Below, in pieces: positions 11,801 through 22,033 of a stretch of 64,000 nucleotides of DNA. The stretch is from a virus: the IMG/VR virus record IMGVR_UViG_3300037071_003688. One strand, 5' to 3'. The translations under genes were made by a program, and so were the position numbers. Under the pieces are notes generated by a model that ran no database searches, was not told the DNA's origin, and saw only the letters and a program-made list of their open reading frames with translations. Positions within the stretch are counted from its first letter, which is position 1; the number at the start of each line of letters is the position of its first letter.

Positions 11801-14800
11801 GAACCCGGAGCCGGTCCGCAAGGTCAAGGGCGAAGTCACGATGGTGTACGCCGAGGATCTCGGCGAGACCGCCTGGCGGGCACACGCCTTCCGCAGCTAC
11901 GAGTTCGGCGAGTGATCGTGGGCCAGTTCTTCGTTGCCGTCATCGAGGATTACACCGAGGAACTGGTCGACCGCCACGGGCCGTTCAAGACCCGGTACGA
12001 GGCCGAACGCCGCGCTGACGCACTCCTCGAACACTACGTCGAGAAGCTGACACGCTCCGTCGCTGTCGAGGTCCAGGATGAGACCGGGAACCCGGTCGAG
12101 AGCGAATGGCCACCGCAGTAGTGGCGCGCGTCCGCAACTTCGGCTGGTGGTGCCACCAGGAAGTCTCCGCCGTCATCGACGCTTGGACCGTCAAAGGCCC
12201 GAAGCCGAAGATCCACGACGACGCTGTCGCCCGGCTCCGCAAGGACTGGCCGCGGCTCGCCGACACACTCGACGCGCTCGACGCCGCCGAGGCGAGGGGC
12301 TGCCCGCAATGCCCGGCCGAGTTCCCGCAATGCCCGGCCGAGTTCCTCGAATGCCACCTGCCGTTCGGACACGACGGGCCGCACCGTCACGAATACGACG
12401 ACCGCGGCACGCTCGAATGGGAGCGCCAGCGGTGAACGACTGGCCCGACGAACTCGAAGCCGCGGCCACCGCGCATTGCGCAGTGATCCGTGAACGGCTG
12501 ATCGCCGTGCATCGCTCGATGGACGATTGGGCGGTCGACTTCCTCGCCGCTCTCGACGCCCACACCCTTGGAAAGAGTGTTGACAAACCGTAGACAATCT
12601 GCGCATACTGTAGATGGACATGGAAACCACCACCGCGACCCTCGGATTCGTACTGGATGCCTTCGCCAGCCGTCACCTGCGTGACTGGTTCTGGCTCGGG
12701 ATGTGCCCCAACGACTGGGATTACGAGGATCTCGAAGCCTTCGAGGCGTGGGTCGCCGAGAACGCCGACGATCTCTACGACGACATGGGCTGGACCGCTC
12801 TGGTCCGGCTCTACGAGGCGACACGATGAGCTACTACCGGGAGACCCGCAACCGGATGACCGGCACGACCATCGTCACCGGCCGCGGCGACGACTACCGG
12901 ATCGACCTGTCGGTCGACGGCGACGGCCCCTGGTTCAACATCTGCGCCGACCACGGCGCCATCATCTCGCACACGACGCTCGCCCTCGCCCGCTACTTCG
13001 CTCCCGCACCCGACAACTGGTGCGACGACTGCCGCGACCTACTGGAAGGAAAGCCATGACCGCCCCTCTCGACACCTGGTGCTTCACCGCACTCACGCCG
13101 CTCTGCGACAACTGCGGCGAACGCCACCTCGACGCCCGCGTCGATCTCAACGACCCGGACGATTGCGACCCGGGCTGCGATTGGGACATGCTCGCCGGGA
13201 CCGCCCCGATGCGCTGCCCCTCCTGCTCGAACCTCAACCCGCACTGCGGCGACGAGTTCCACGAGCCACGCCATCCGGCCGACAACCCCCGCTTTCTCAC
13301 GTCCGACCGGATCGGATTCTCCGTTCCCGCCTGAAAGGAAACCACCATGCCCGCCTACCGGATCTCCACCAACACGGTCCGCCCGCTCGAAGACGCCCCC
13401 CGGGGCAGCTACGAATGGCTCCCGTTCGAGGACGACAAGAACGTCCTGACCGTCACCATCACCTCGGCCGCTGACCTGCGCGCGAAGATCGCCGCCGCCG
13501 TCCTCGTCCACTTCGACCTGTTCCCCGACGCCACCGCCTGCAAGCCGTTCGCCGACAAGCTGCGCGGCGAGCGTCACGTGTCGGGCGGCAAGGCTGCCTG
13601 CAACGCCTCGATGGTCCTGCGGGAGACTGTCTCTGCATGATCCCCGATGACGTGCTGGCGTGCGAGTCGATCGTCCAGAGCCTCCGGAACGGCGACCTGC
13701 GCGCGGCACGTCGCGGGATGTTGGTGACCTCCCGCTTCGGGACACGCTCCCGGGTCGAGGTCGCCCACCTCGCGCTCGAAGTCGCCGCCGCCATGATCCG
13801 ATCCGGCAGCGACCCGTACATCAGCCTGAGAACGGTCCAGGCCGCGCTCAAGCCCGAGGAACCGGACCCGGCATGATCGACCATCCCGACTCGACCGGCG
13901 TCGCCGTCCGGGACCAACTCCTGTTCGACGTGTTCTGCGCCGCTGTGCCGGAAGGGATCAGCCTGTGGGCGCACGGCTACCGCCGCGCCGTCGACAAGTA
14001 CCACTTCGGCGCCCACATCGTGGACCTCGACCTGCGTCACCATCGCATCACCCGCACCACGATGGTCCACGGCATGAACGCCGCCGCCTACACGTGGCGC
14101 ACCAAGATCCCGTGGTCGACCGAGTACCCGCCGACCCTGTTCCAGAGCGAAGCAGGCTGGGAGTTCGACGCCGCCGACGCCGACCTCGTCGTCCAACTCG
14201 GCCTGTTCCACGACCTGCCCTACTCGACCGATAACCTGCTCCGCCGCGGCGTCATCCGACGTGGCAAGATACTTGACAGACTCCCGACAGGATGAGATAA
14301 TCAAGGTATGGAGACCACCACTCTCACGTGTAAGTGCTTCGTAGAACGCAACGGCTACTGGACCGGTCGTCGCTGCAAGTTCAAGGCGAAGTTCATCGTC
14401 ACCACCAGCGACGGCCCCAAGCCGATGTGCGGCATCCACAAGAACCGGATGGTCCGCCGCGGCTGGCACAACAGCGTCGTCGTCGTCCCGCTCGATGAGG
14501 CCAAGCCATGACCGTCGAGTGGATGGCAACCAATCCCCGCGAGGCGTTCGACACGCGTCTCGCCATGCGACGCAACGTCGACCACCTCGTCCGTCAACGG
14601 GTGCGCGGCTACAAGGGCCGCATCGCCTGCAAGATCGACGGCCGCTGGGGCGCGATCGAAGACGCCTGCATCGGCCACGTCCACAACAAGCGCAGCGCCG
14701 CCCACGCCTGCGCCGCCCGCGAAGCCCGGGCACGCAACCGGATGGTCGGCTGATGGCCGGGAACGGGACGGGCTACCCCAACCACTTCGAGTGCTCGAAG

Positions 14801-15655
14801 GCCCGGCTGATCTACTACGGCGACCGGTCGAGCACCGGCGAACCAGTCGCTCGCACTAGCCGTGAACGCGCCGCCCACGTGATCACGTTGACCGGCCGCA
14901 CCAAGCCGACACCACGCAACGGCAAGGGCCATCCGCGCAAGTCGTGGACGACGCGCGAGTACCGGTGCTCGTGCGGTCACGTCGGCTGGTCGACGCACAT
15001 CGACCTCGAACGGCTCGAAGCGGCCCGTGAACGCTGACCGCCTGATCGTGCTGGCCGAGACGCTCGAACGCGACGCCGAACTGCTCGACCATGACCCCGC
15101 CGCGCTTTACATCGTGCCGACCGAGCATTTGCCCGTGGAGATCATCCGTCTGACTCGCAGCCGCTTCAAGGCGCGACTCGGGATCCACGCCTCGATCCGT
15201 ATGCGCGAGGTCGCCGCCGAGCTACGCGCGATGGCAGCCGTGACGGATCGGTAGGTGAGTGGGTGAGTTCAGATGTGAAACTCGAACGCCTCATCCCACT
15301 CGTCGTCCCGTTGAAAGGCGACGGCGAACAGACCTGCATCATCTGCGGCCATCTGCTGCGCCAGTCGCGCCTGATCCACATCATCGACGGCGGCGCCGCG
15401 GTCGCCCATCCCGACTACCGAGGCATACCATCGCCTGCGATGACCTGCTGCGTGTGCGGAGGCCCACACCATCCCGACGACTGCGCGCGCGCCCAGGAGT
15501 ACGTCCGCCAGTGCCTCGAAGCCCGGACCAGCCCCCCGCCGCCGAGGCCGGTGCCGTGGTGGAATCCCGACACCGGGATCTTCGAGGTCGAGATCACCAC
15601 GGCGACCCGGTGGGACAGTTGGCGGTTCGGTCGACGCGTGCAACAGCACGGCTAG
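8830..15655 (+). other. Block of ~23 small hypothetical early genes
   Basis: Coupled ORFs: 8830-9156, 9153-9419, 9416-9688, 9720-10106, 10107-10331, 10331-10702, 10699-11007, 11004-11468, 11535-11915, 11912-12121, 12106-12435, 12432-12593, 12620-12829, 12826-13059, 13056-13334, 13347-13640, 13637-13876, 13873-14295, 14308-14511, 14508-14753, 14753-15037, 15027-15254, 15263-15655. Many have CxxC motifs; several begin METTT. Confidence 0.65.
12303..12344 (+). repeat. In-frame 21-nt tandem duplication
   Basis: CCCGCAATGCCCGGCCGAGTT x2, encoding PQCPAEF twice. Confidence 0.9.
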
Positions 15656-15685
15656 CGGAATGTCGCCGCTGTCGCGTATGCTGAC

Positions 15686-15790
15686 GGTTGGATCCCGGTC
15701 GGCCCCCAACGCTGGTTGTGATCCTTCGGGTGAGGGTTGTCAGGCGTGTTTCCGTGGTGGTTTCCCGCCGACGACCCTCACCCGCTTCGC
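15686..15790 (+). ncRNA. Putative antisense sRNA
   Basis: 15-bp stem 15727-15741/15770-15784 plus GGCG/CGCC; the 19-nt loop contains GTGGTGGTTTCC; -10 TATGCT at 15677. Confidence 0.6.
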
Positions 15791-15909
15791 GTTCAGCCCG
15801 CCGCCTTGCGTGGCGCACTTCACATGGTGCTAACATCCCGCCACTCACGCGGCAACGGCCCGGACCTCGCCCCGCCGCACAAACCGCCCGGACGGAAGGG
15901 TCAAAACGG

Positions 15910-16602
15910 ATGCAAGCAGCGGTCCTCGAACGTGTCCTCGACTGGCGACCATTCCACGACGAACGGTCACTCGATCATCCAGTCCGGGACCGGCTCCCGG
16001 ACCACTGTCGCCGCCGCCTGCGAATGTGGCAGGCCGGACGCCAACTCGACCAAGGGTTCCACAGTGGCAGCGTCGGCTACGGCTGGACGACAGAGTTGCA
16101 AGCGGAACCATCGACGTTCAACAGCACCCTCCCCGCCGAGCACTTCGCGACGCACCTGTACCGCCAGGCGCAACAGGTCGATGACTTCCCCGGCGAGTCG
16201 TACCTCGGCACGAGCGTGCTCGCCGCCGCCAAGGCGCTGCACTCGGGCGGGTACATCGCGTCGTACTCGTGGGCGTTCACCATTGACGACGTGATCGACG
16301 CCGTGGTCGAGATCGGCCCGGTCGTGATCGGCATCCCGTGGTTCGAGTCGATGTCGACCACCTCCACATCGGGCATGGTCGAGGTCAACGGCCGCATCGT
16401 CGGCGGGCACTGCGTCACCATCACCGGCTACGACCCGCAGCTACAACTCCCCGACCGGATAATGCCCGACGAGGCGCTCCGCTGGCGGAACTCGTGGGGC
16501 GACAGCTACGGCGACCAAGGCGACGGCTACATCCGCGCCGAAGACCTCGAACACCTCCTGTGGGGCCGCTACGGCAGCGAGGCGTGCGTACCGATCGGTT
16601 GA
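15910..16602 (+). CDS. Papain-like (C1) peptidase homolog with Ser at the catalytic Cys position
   Basis: LDQG..SGSVGYG, GPVVIGIPW, GGHCV, RNSWG. Confidence 0.75.
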   Translation: MQAAVLERVLDWRPFHDERSLDHPVRDRLPDHCRRRLRMWQAGRQLDQGFHSGSVGYGWTTELQAEPSTFNSTLPAEHFATHLYRQAQQVDDFPGESYLGTSVLAAAKALHSGGYIASYSWAFTIDDVIDAVVEIGPVVIGIPWFESMSTTSTSGMVEVNGRIVGGHCVTITGYDPQLQLPDRIMPDEALRWRNSWGDSYGDQGDGYIRAEDLEHLLWGRYGSEACVPIG

Positions 16603-16639
16603 CTTGCTAACACTGGTCTAGGCGACTAGGGTTACTGGT

Positions 16640-17406
16640 ATGGAAACCACCACGATCACCAGAACGCATCACCTGGCGTTCCGCCTGTCCCTCGCTCTCC
16701 CCGTCTGCGGGTCGAATGACGGGGGCGGACTCCTCCTCGACCCCGACCGGGTGACCTGTGAAGACTGCCGCCGGATCTGCGGCCTCGGCCCGAAGCCGCT
16801 GAGTTGGGACGAGGCGTACGACCTGGTTCGATGAGACTCGTGAAGTCCACTGAGGACGACGGCCAACGCGCCGAACTCGGCGTCGTGTACCGACTCGAAC
16901 ACCCCGCCATGCCGTTCGCGGTGTGGAACGGCGAGAAGTTCGTCGGCCCCCGCGAACGCTTCCACCTCCGCCTGCTCGAACTCGCCGACCGCGCAGCGGG
17001 CGGATGGATCGAACGCGTCGCCGGTCCAATCACCGGCGTGCTGCTCGTACCCGAGATCGAAAGCGCCTACTGCACGACCTGCGACTGGGACGTGACACCG
17101 GGCTGCAAGCCCCGCTCGCACCGGATCACCGACGAGATGGCTCCCAACCGCGAACTGCTCGCAGCGATCGACTCAGTGACCGCTCCGTGGCTCGAAGCCG
17201 AAGCCGAAGCGCGCGCCGCGGCCGAGGTCGCCGAGATCCTCGTGCGCGCGTTCAGGTGGGAGGCCAACGAGGGCTACCCGTACGTGCCGTCCGCGATCGA
17301 GACGGTGGCACTCTGCCGCCGACTCAACCAACTCGACGCCGACGACTCGGAACGGGCGACCATCGAGGCACGGTTCCCGGATCTGGTCTGCAAACTACAG
17401 GCGTGA
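16640..17406 (+). CDS. Two hypothetical proteins (16640-16834; 16831-17406)
   Basis: Leaderless METTT start; coupled second ORF. Confidence 0.6.
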
Positions 17407-17487
17407 AACTAAGTTGACGAACTCTGGACAGGGGCGGTATACTCCCGATGTGATTACGATGATTGCATTCGGGTATCGGAGATCGGC

Positions 17488-17862
17488 ATGACCGACGTGA
17501 CGACGTGGCAGGAGGTCGAGCCGCGACTCAAGAGGCTGACGTACCGTCAGATCGACTACTGGATCCGCACGAACGCCATCGACCTCGAAGGCCCGGCGCA
17601 AGGCTCCGGGTCGAAGCGCACGTTCTCCGACGAGGACGTGTGGCGCTTGGAGATCATCGAGCGGCTGGTCGACCTGCCATCGCTGCCATCGGGCATCCCG
17701 GGCGAACTGATCCGACTGATCTGGAACTACCTCGAAGGACGCCACCGTTCGCGTGCCACCGACACGCACATCTTCATCACCGGCAACCCGCGCGAGGGCT
17801 GGAAGGTGAGCACCAAGTTCGACCCGGCGCTCGACTCGGCCGTCGTGCTGCGCATCCGGTGA
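17488..17862 (+). CDS. MerR-like HTH protein
   Basis: LTYRQIDYWIR...GSGSKRTFSDEDV resembles actinobacterial MerR regulators. Confidence 0.75.
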   Translation: MTDVTTWQEVEPRLKRLTYRQIDYWIRTNAIDLEGPAQGSGSKRTFSDEDVWRLEIIERLVDLPSLPSGIPGELIRLIWNYLEGRHRSRATDTHIFITGNPREGWKVSTKFDPALDSAVVLRIR

Positions 17863-18140
17863 CCTCGCATCTCGTCATCCGCGCGGTCGAGATGCGAAGC
17901 GGCGACGCCCAGCTATGGCTCGACACCGACCATCAGCGCATCGTGGACGTGTTCTTCGACCGCAGCCAACACCACAAACCGGACCCTGGCTTCGGGCATC
18001 TGTTCGTGGTGATCGAGATCCTCGCGAAACCTACTTGACTCCCGATCGGTCCAAGGTTTACGGTGTCCCCTCGTCCGGTCAGGCAGGTGACCTCCGCGGG
18101 GATCTGAGTCTGGCCGGACAACTTGACAACTTAAGATCTC

Positions 18141-18221
18141 GTGTGCCCGGTGCGTAGGTGACGGTTACTTCTCCCTTTACATGGAAACCAAGCTCCGTTG
18201 CCGTCTGGTTCTCGGGCACAC
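18141..18221 (+). ncRNA. Y RNA-like unit 1
   Basis: Terminal stem GTGTGCCCG/CGGGCACAC; shared GGTGCG.....TACTTC...GGTTCTC scaffold. Confidence 0.7.
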
Positions 18222-18232
18222 TGCACCATCGT

Positions 18233-18387
18233 TTCCGGCTGGTGCGCAGATGAGGGTTCCTTCGCATATGGAGCGGGTAGTCACAGGTTCGAGTCCTGTT
18301 CACGCCACCAGGCCCGCAAGGGTCGGTGTGATAGCTCAGTTGGCAGAGCGCCAAACAGTCCCCTTGTTGATCGGTTCTCAGCCGGAA
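18233..18387 (+). ncRNA. yrlA: YrlA-type Y RNA, unit 2 (circularly permuted tRNA mimic)
   Basis: T arm ACAGG-TTCGAGT-CCTGT, acceptor TCACGCC(ACCA)/GGTGTGA, D arm TAGCTCAGTTGGCAGAGC, in T-acceptor-D order; next to the Ro gene. Confidence 0.85.
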
Positions 18388-18394
18388 CACACCC

Positions 18395-18512
18395 TTTCCG
18401 GGTGGTGCGCTGATGATGGCTACTTCGCAAGTTCGATTCTTGTCATCCCCACCACATGGGGATGTGGGCATGGCGCCCGCACTGCCTTCGCCGCCTGGTT
18501 CTCACCCGGAAA
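18395..18512 (+). ncRNA. YrlA-type Y RNA, unit 3
   Basis: T arm GCAAG-TTCGATT-CTTGT, CATCCCC(ACCA)/GGGGATG, reduced D arm; stem TTTCCGGGTG/CACCCGGAAA. Confidence 0.8.
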
Positions 18513-18519
18513 CGATCTC

Positions 18520-18619
18520 TCTGGTCGGTGCGCAGATGGGAGTTACTTCAACGGATGAAACGGCTTCGGCCGTCGTGGCTCGAAACCACAAGCCTCCCGC
18601 CGCCAGGTTCTCGACCAGA
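18520..18619 (+). ncRNA. Y RNA-like unit 4
   Basis: Stem TCTGGTCG/CGACCAGA, same scaffold, non-tRNA insert. Confidence 0.75.
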
Positions 18620-18628
18620 AAACTCGAC

Positions 18629-18749
18629 CCTGCCCGGTGCGCAGATGACGGATACTTCCTTCACACATGCAGAAGGTCCCCGGAGCGGCGGTAACCAATC
18701 CGTGCCAGCTTGGGAACCAGTCCCCGTTGTCGCTCGGTTCTCGGGCAGG
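18629..18749 (+). ncRNA. Y RNA-like unit 5
   Basis: Stem CCTGCCCG/CGGGCAGG; insert carries 16S-like motifs. Confidence 0.75.
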
Positions 18750-18760
18750 ACTTCCGCATC

Positions 18761-18853
18761 TGCGGTGCGATGACAGAGGTTCCTTCTCACCAGGGCGCAA
18801 GCCCACGAATGCCGGAACGAGAGACCGGCGCCCTCCGTCGCCTGGTTCTCGCA
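18761..18853 (+). ncRNA. Y RNA-like unit 6
   Basis: Stem TGCG/CGCA; insert has GCAA and GAGA tetraloop hairpins. Confidence 0.7.
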
Positions 18854-18907
18854 ACCAACCAATGACCCCAACGACCCAATGACCCAACCCTGAAAGGGGC
18901 AACGACC

Positions 18908-20521
18908 ATGAGCAAGTTCGCTCAAACCGCCACGACCGCCCGCCCGCAGGGGCCGCTGCACACCCTCCCCGGTGTTCAGACGCGCACCCACGAGGGCGGT
19001 CTCGGCTTCGTCAAGGACGCCCGCACCGAACTGTTCTCGCTCGGCGTCGCGAACTTCGTCGCCGAAGACACGTACTACGAGAAGGCCGGTGTCCGCGACA
19101 AGCGGTTCACGGATCTCGTGCGCGAGGTCACGGCACTCGACCCGGACTGGGTCGCGCACTTCATTCCGTGGCTCCGCCAGGAAGCGAACATGCGCACCGC
19201 TTCGGTGGTCGCCGCCATCGAGTACGCCCGCGCCGCTCCCGGCACGAACGGCCGCGCAGTGATCGCGCAGACGCTCACGCGCGCCGACGAACCAGCCGAG
19301 GCGCTCGCCTACTGGATGTCGCTCTACGGCCGCAAGATCCCCAAGGCCGTCAAGCGCGGCATCGCCGACGCCGTCGTCAAGCTGTACACGCAGAACGCCG
19401 CCATGAAGTACGACTCGCGCGACGCCAAGATGCGGATGGGTGACGTGATCGACCTCGTCCACCCCAACCCGCACGACGCGCTCCGCTACTGGGAGCAGGA
19501 CGACATGGGCATGTCGGACAGCGACGTGGAACTCCTCAAGGACCGCGTCGTGGAGCGCAAGCGCGCCCTGTTCCAGTACCTCCTCGACAAGCGCCACGGC
19601 CGCGACAACCCGCGCGGCCTCGACCGGCTCGGCAAGATCTCGGCCCGCAAGGACGCGATCAAGGCCGCGGCCGAGGGCGGCGAGTTGGACGTGACGACGG
19701 GCATGACGTGGGAGACCGCGTTGTCGCTCGGCGGCTCGAACGCGGAGACGTGGCAGAAGGTCATCCCGCAGATGGGCTACATGGCTCTGCTGCGCAACCT
19801 GCGCAACTTCGAGGACGCCAAGCTGCCCGCCAACGTCCTCATGCAGGTCGCGTCGACGCTGGCCGACCCCGAGCAGGTCGCCAAGTCGCGCCAGTTCCCG
19901 TTCCGGTTCCTGTCGGCGTGGTCGGCGTCCGGCTCGATGATGTGGGGTCAGGCGCTCGAACTCGCGCTCGAAGCGTCGTGCGCCAACATCCCCGAGTTCC
20001 CGGGCAAGACGCTGATCATGGTCGACGTGTCGGGTTCGATGGACGGCAAGATGTCGGCCAAGTCGACGGTGTCGCGCAAGGTCGCCGGTGCCGTATTCGG
20101 CGCGGCCGTGATGAAGCGGTCGGCTCCCGGCTCGAAGCTCGGCGTGTACGCCACGCTGTGCGCCGTGCAGGACAAGCCACGCTCGGTCCTGCGCACCGCC
20201 GAGGAGATCGGCAAGCTGTCGGGCGTCGGCGGTCACGGCACGAACACGTGGCCATCGACGTGGATGCTGTGGCAGGAGTACGGCCCATTCGACCGGATCC
20301 TCATCTTCACCGACGAGCAGCACCACCCATCGCACATCACGGCCGGTTCGTTCCCCAAGGACGTCCCGATCTACGTGTGGTGCCTGGGCGGCTACCGTCC
20401 GGCGTCGCTCGACCTCGGCACGGGCCGCTACCTGCTCGCCGGTCTCAACGACCAGTGCTTCAAGCTGATCAAGATCCTCGAAGCCGGGTCCGAGGGACGC
20501 TGGCCGTGGGAGGTCGACTGA
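18908..20521 (+). CDS. rsr: Ro60/Rsr TROVE-domain RNA-binding protein
   Basis: THEGG, EDTYYE, WLRQEANMRT, RADEPAE, TWET, MALLRNLRN, QFPFRF; vWA MIDAS DVSGSM and FTDEQ. Confidence 0.95.
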   Translation: MSKFAQTATTARPQGPLHTLPGVQTRTHEGGLGFVKDARTELFSLGVANFVAEDTYYEKAGVRDKRFTDLVREVTALDPDWVAHFIPWLRQEANMRTASVVAAIEYARAAPGTNGRAVIAQTLTRADEPAEALAYWMSLYGRKIPKAVKRGIADAVVKLYTQNAAMKYDSRDAKMRMGDVIDLVHPNPHDALRYWEQDDMGMSDSDVELLKDRVVERKRALFQYLLDKRHGRDNPRGLDRLGKISARKDAIKAAAEGGELDVTTGMTWETALSLGGSNAETWQKVIPQMGYMALLRNLRNFEDAKLPANVLMQVASTLADPEQVAKSRQFPFRFLSAWSASGSMMWGQALELALEASCANIPEFPGKTLIMVDVSGSMDGKMSAKSTVSRKVAGAVFGAAVMKRSAPGSKLGVYATLCAVQDKPRSVLRTAEEIGKLSGVGGHGTNTWPSTWMLWQEYGPFDRILIFTDEQHHPSHITAGSFPKDVPIYVWCLGGYRPASLDLGTGRYLLAGLNDQCFKLIKILEAGSEGRWPWEVD

Positions 20522-20524
20522 GCC

Positions 20525-20851
20525 GTGGCTCAGTTCGCGATTCCGAGTCGGGACCGCGAGACCATCTACATCGAAGGTGAACTCCTCGGCGAAGCCTCAT
20601 CGAGGGAACCAGGCAAACCTCGATGGGGCGAGTACCGGCTATTCCGGCTGACTCTCGGCGGGGGCTACGTCCTCGCCGGGGTCGGCCGCTCCTCGATCGC
20701 GGGCGAGGTCGACCGACCGTGGTTCAAGCCCTGCGAGACAGAGGATGCTGTCGTGCGCGCGTTGCTGTACGAGAGACGCCCGGGTGTGTGGGTGCTGCCA
20801 CCATCCGGGCGTCTGCTATTGGAACGGGCCGGGCTGTCAGCGCCCGACTAG
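20525..20851 (+). CDS. Hypothetical protein
   Basis: Follows rsr; GGAGG RBS. Confidence 0.6.
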   Translation: MAQFAIPSRDRETIYIEGELLGEASSREPGKPRWGEYRLFRLTLGGGYVLAGVGRSSIAGEVDRPWFKPCETEDAVVRALLYERRPGVWVLPPSGRLLLERAGLSAPD

Positions 20852-20852
20852 G

Positions 20853-21071
20853 TCACGGCACGGTCACCGTGAAGCGTGTGCCATCGGCCGACTCGGTGAT
20901 CTCGCCGGGCGAGCACCAGCCGAAGTCGTAGCCGAACCCGGCCATCTCGACGGCGCGAGCCGCCGCAACCTTCGACGCCTTCTCGGCGTCGGCGAGGTTG
21001 TCGTAGGTGTACCAGCCGACCTTGCAGCCGGACCGACGCTCGATCGGCGTCGGGTACTTGGGCATCTCCAT
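20853..21071 (-). CDS. Hypothetical protein
   Basis: Minus-strand leader hairpin plus GGAAGGAAACCGCCACG-ATG. Confidence 0.65.
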   Translation of the reverse strand: MEMPKYPTPIERRSGCKVGWYTYDNLADAEKASKVAAARAVEMAGFGYDFGWCSPGEITESADGTRFTVTVP

Positions 21072-21634
21072 CGTGGCGGTTTCCTTCCCGTGGGAGGCGT
21101 CTCCTCCCACATCAACATCGTAACACGGGTGTCAAGTCTGTTGACAAACCGTGGACGATCTGCGCATAATGATGGTGGACATGGAAACCACCACCAACTA
21201 CATCACCGTCTTCCCGGCGACGAACAATCGGCGGGGCTGGATGGTCGCCACCCGCGACGGCGCGAACATCCGCCACGTCCGTTTGGAGACGGCTTCGATC
21301 CACGACCCCGAGGCCGCACGAGCCGAGGCAGCCAAGCTGTTCCCCGGCAAGGCGATCTACATGGCCGGTGACACGGTCAAGCCGTGGGAGGCGGCTGCTT
21401 GATGCCACGAACCCTCACCGCCCGCTACACCGGGACCTGCCGCCGCTGCGACGGCCCGATCACCCCGGGCGACACCATCCTGTTCCTCGGCAAGCGCAAC
21501 ACCGTCCACGAGAACTGCGCCGAGCGGGCCGAGTCGGGCGTGATCGAGATCTACTTCCCCTCGACCGGCAACCGGATCACCCGCAACCGGCGGGGCACCT
21601 GCGAAGACGCCCCGGCGTGTGGATGCTGCACCTT

Positions 21635-22033
21635 CTAACGAGCGAGGTACGCCGCAGCCCGAGCAACGATCTCCGGATCATCGTGCCAGATCCCGATCGC
21701 TCGATTGCACAGTCGACAGAGCAGCCCGCGCACCCTCCCCGTCGCGTGGTTGTGGTCAACGCCGAGGCGGAACCGGCTCGACGGATCGAGGTCGCCCGGT
21801 GCCAGGCAGATCGCGCAGCACCCGCCCTGAGCGGCAACCATCGCGTCGTAGTCGGCCTGTGTCAGCCCGTAGCGCCGCAGCTTGATGTCGCGCCGGACGC
21901 GCTGTGCCTGCTCGGGATGCGCACGGCTGTGTTCCCGGCGTTTCTCGTGCTCGCACGCCTTGCACTGCTTCGAGCGCCTGCTGGCGTAGAACTCCGTCGA
22001 TGGCTTGTCGGCGCCGCATTCCGAGCAGATCAT
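21635..22033 (-). CDS. Endonuclease VII-family (homing-type) nuclease
   Basis: RYGLT, QGGCCAIC, VDHNHATGRVRGLLCRLCN. Confidence 0.9.
   Translation of the reverse strand: MICSECGADKPSTEFYASRRSKQCKACEHEKRREHSRAHPEQAQRVRRDIKLRRYGLTQADYDAMVAAQGGCCAICLAPGDLDPSSRFRLGVDHNHATGRVRGLLCRLCNRAIGIWHDDPEIVARAAAYLAR

Noticed and set aside
18171-18195. rRNA or anticodon mimicry in Y-RNA unit 1
   Set aside because: Matches are 7 nt or shorter. The ATGGAAACCA resemblance to the start element is noted but unsupported.
18141-18853. CRISPR array
   Set aside because: Repeats are bipartite and degenerate, each unit is closed by its own helix, there are no cas genes, and the Ro gene is adjacent.
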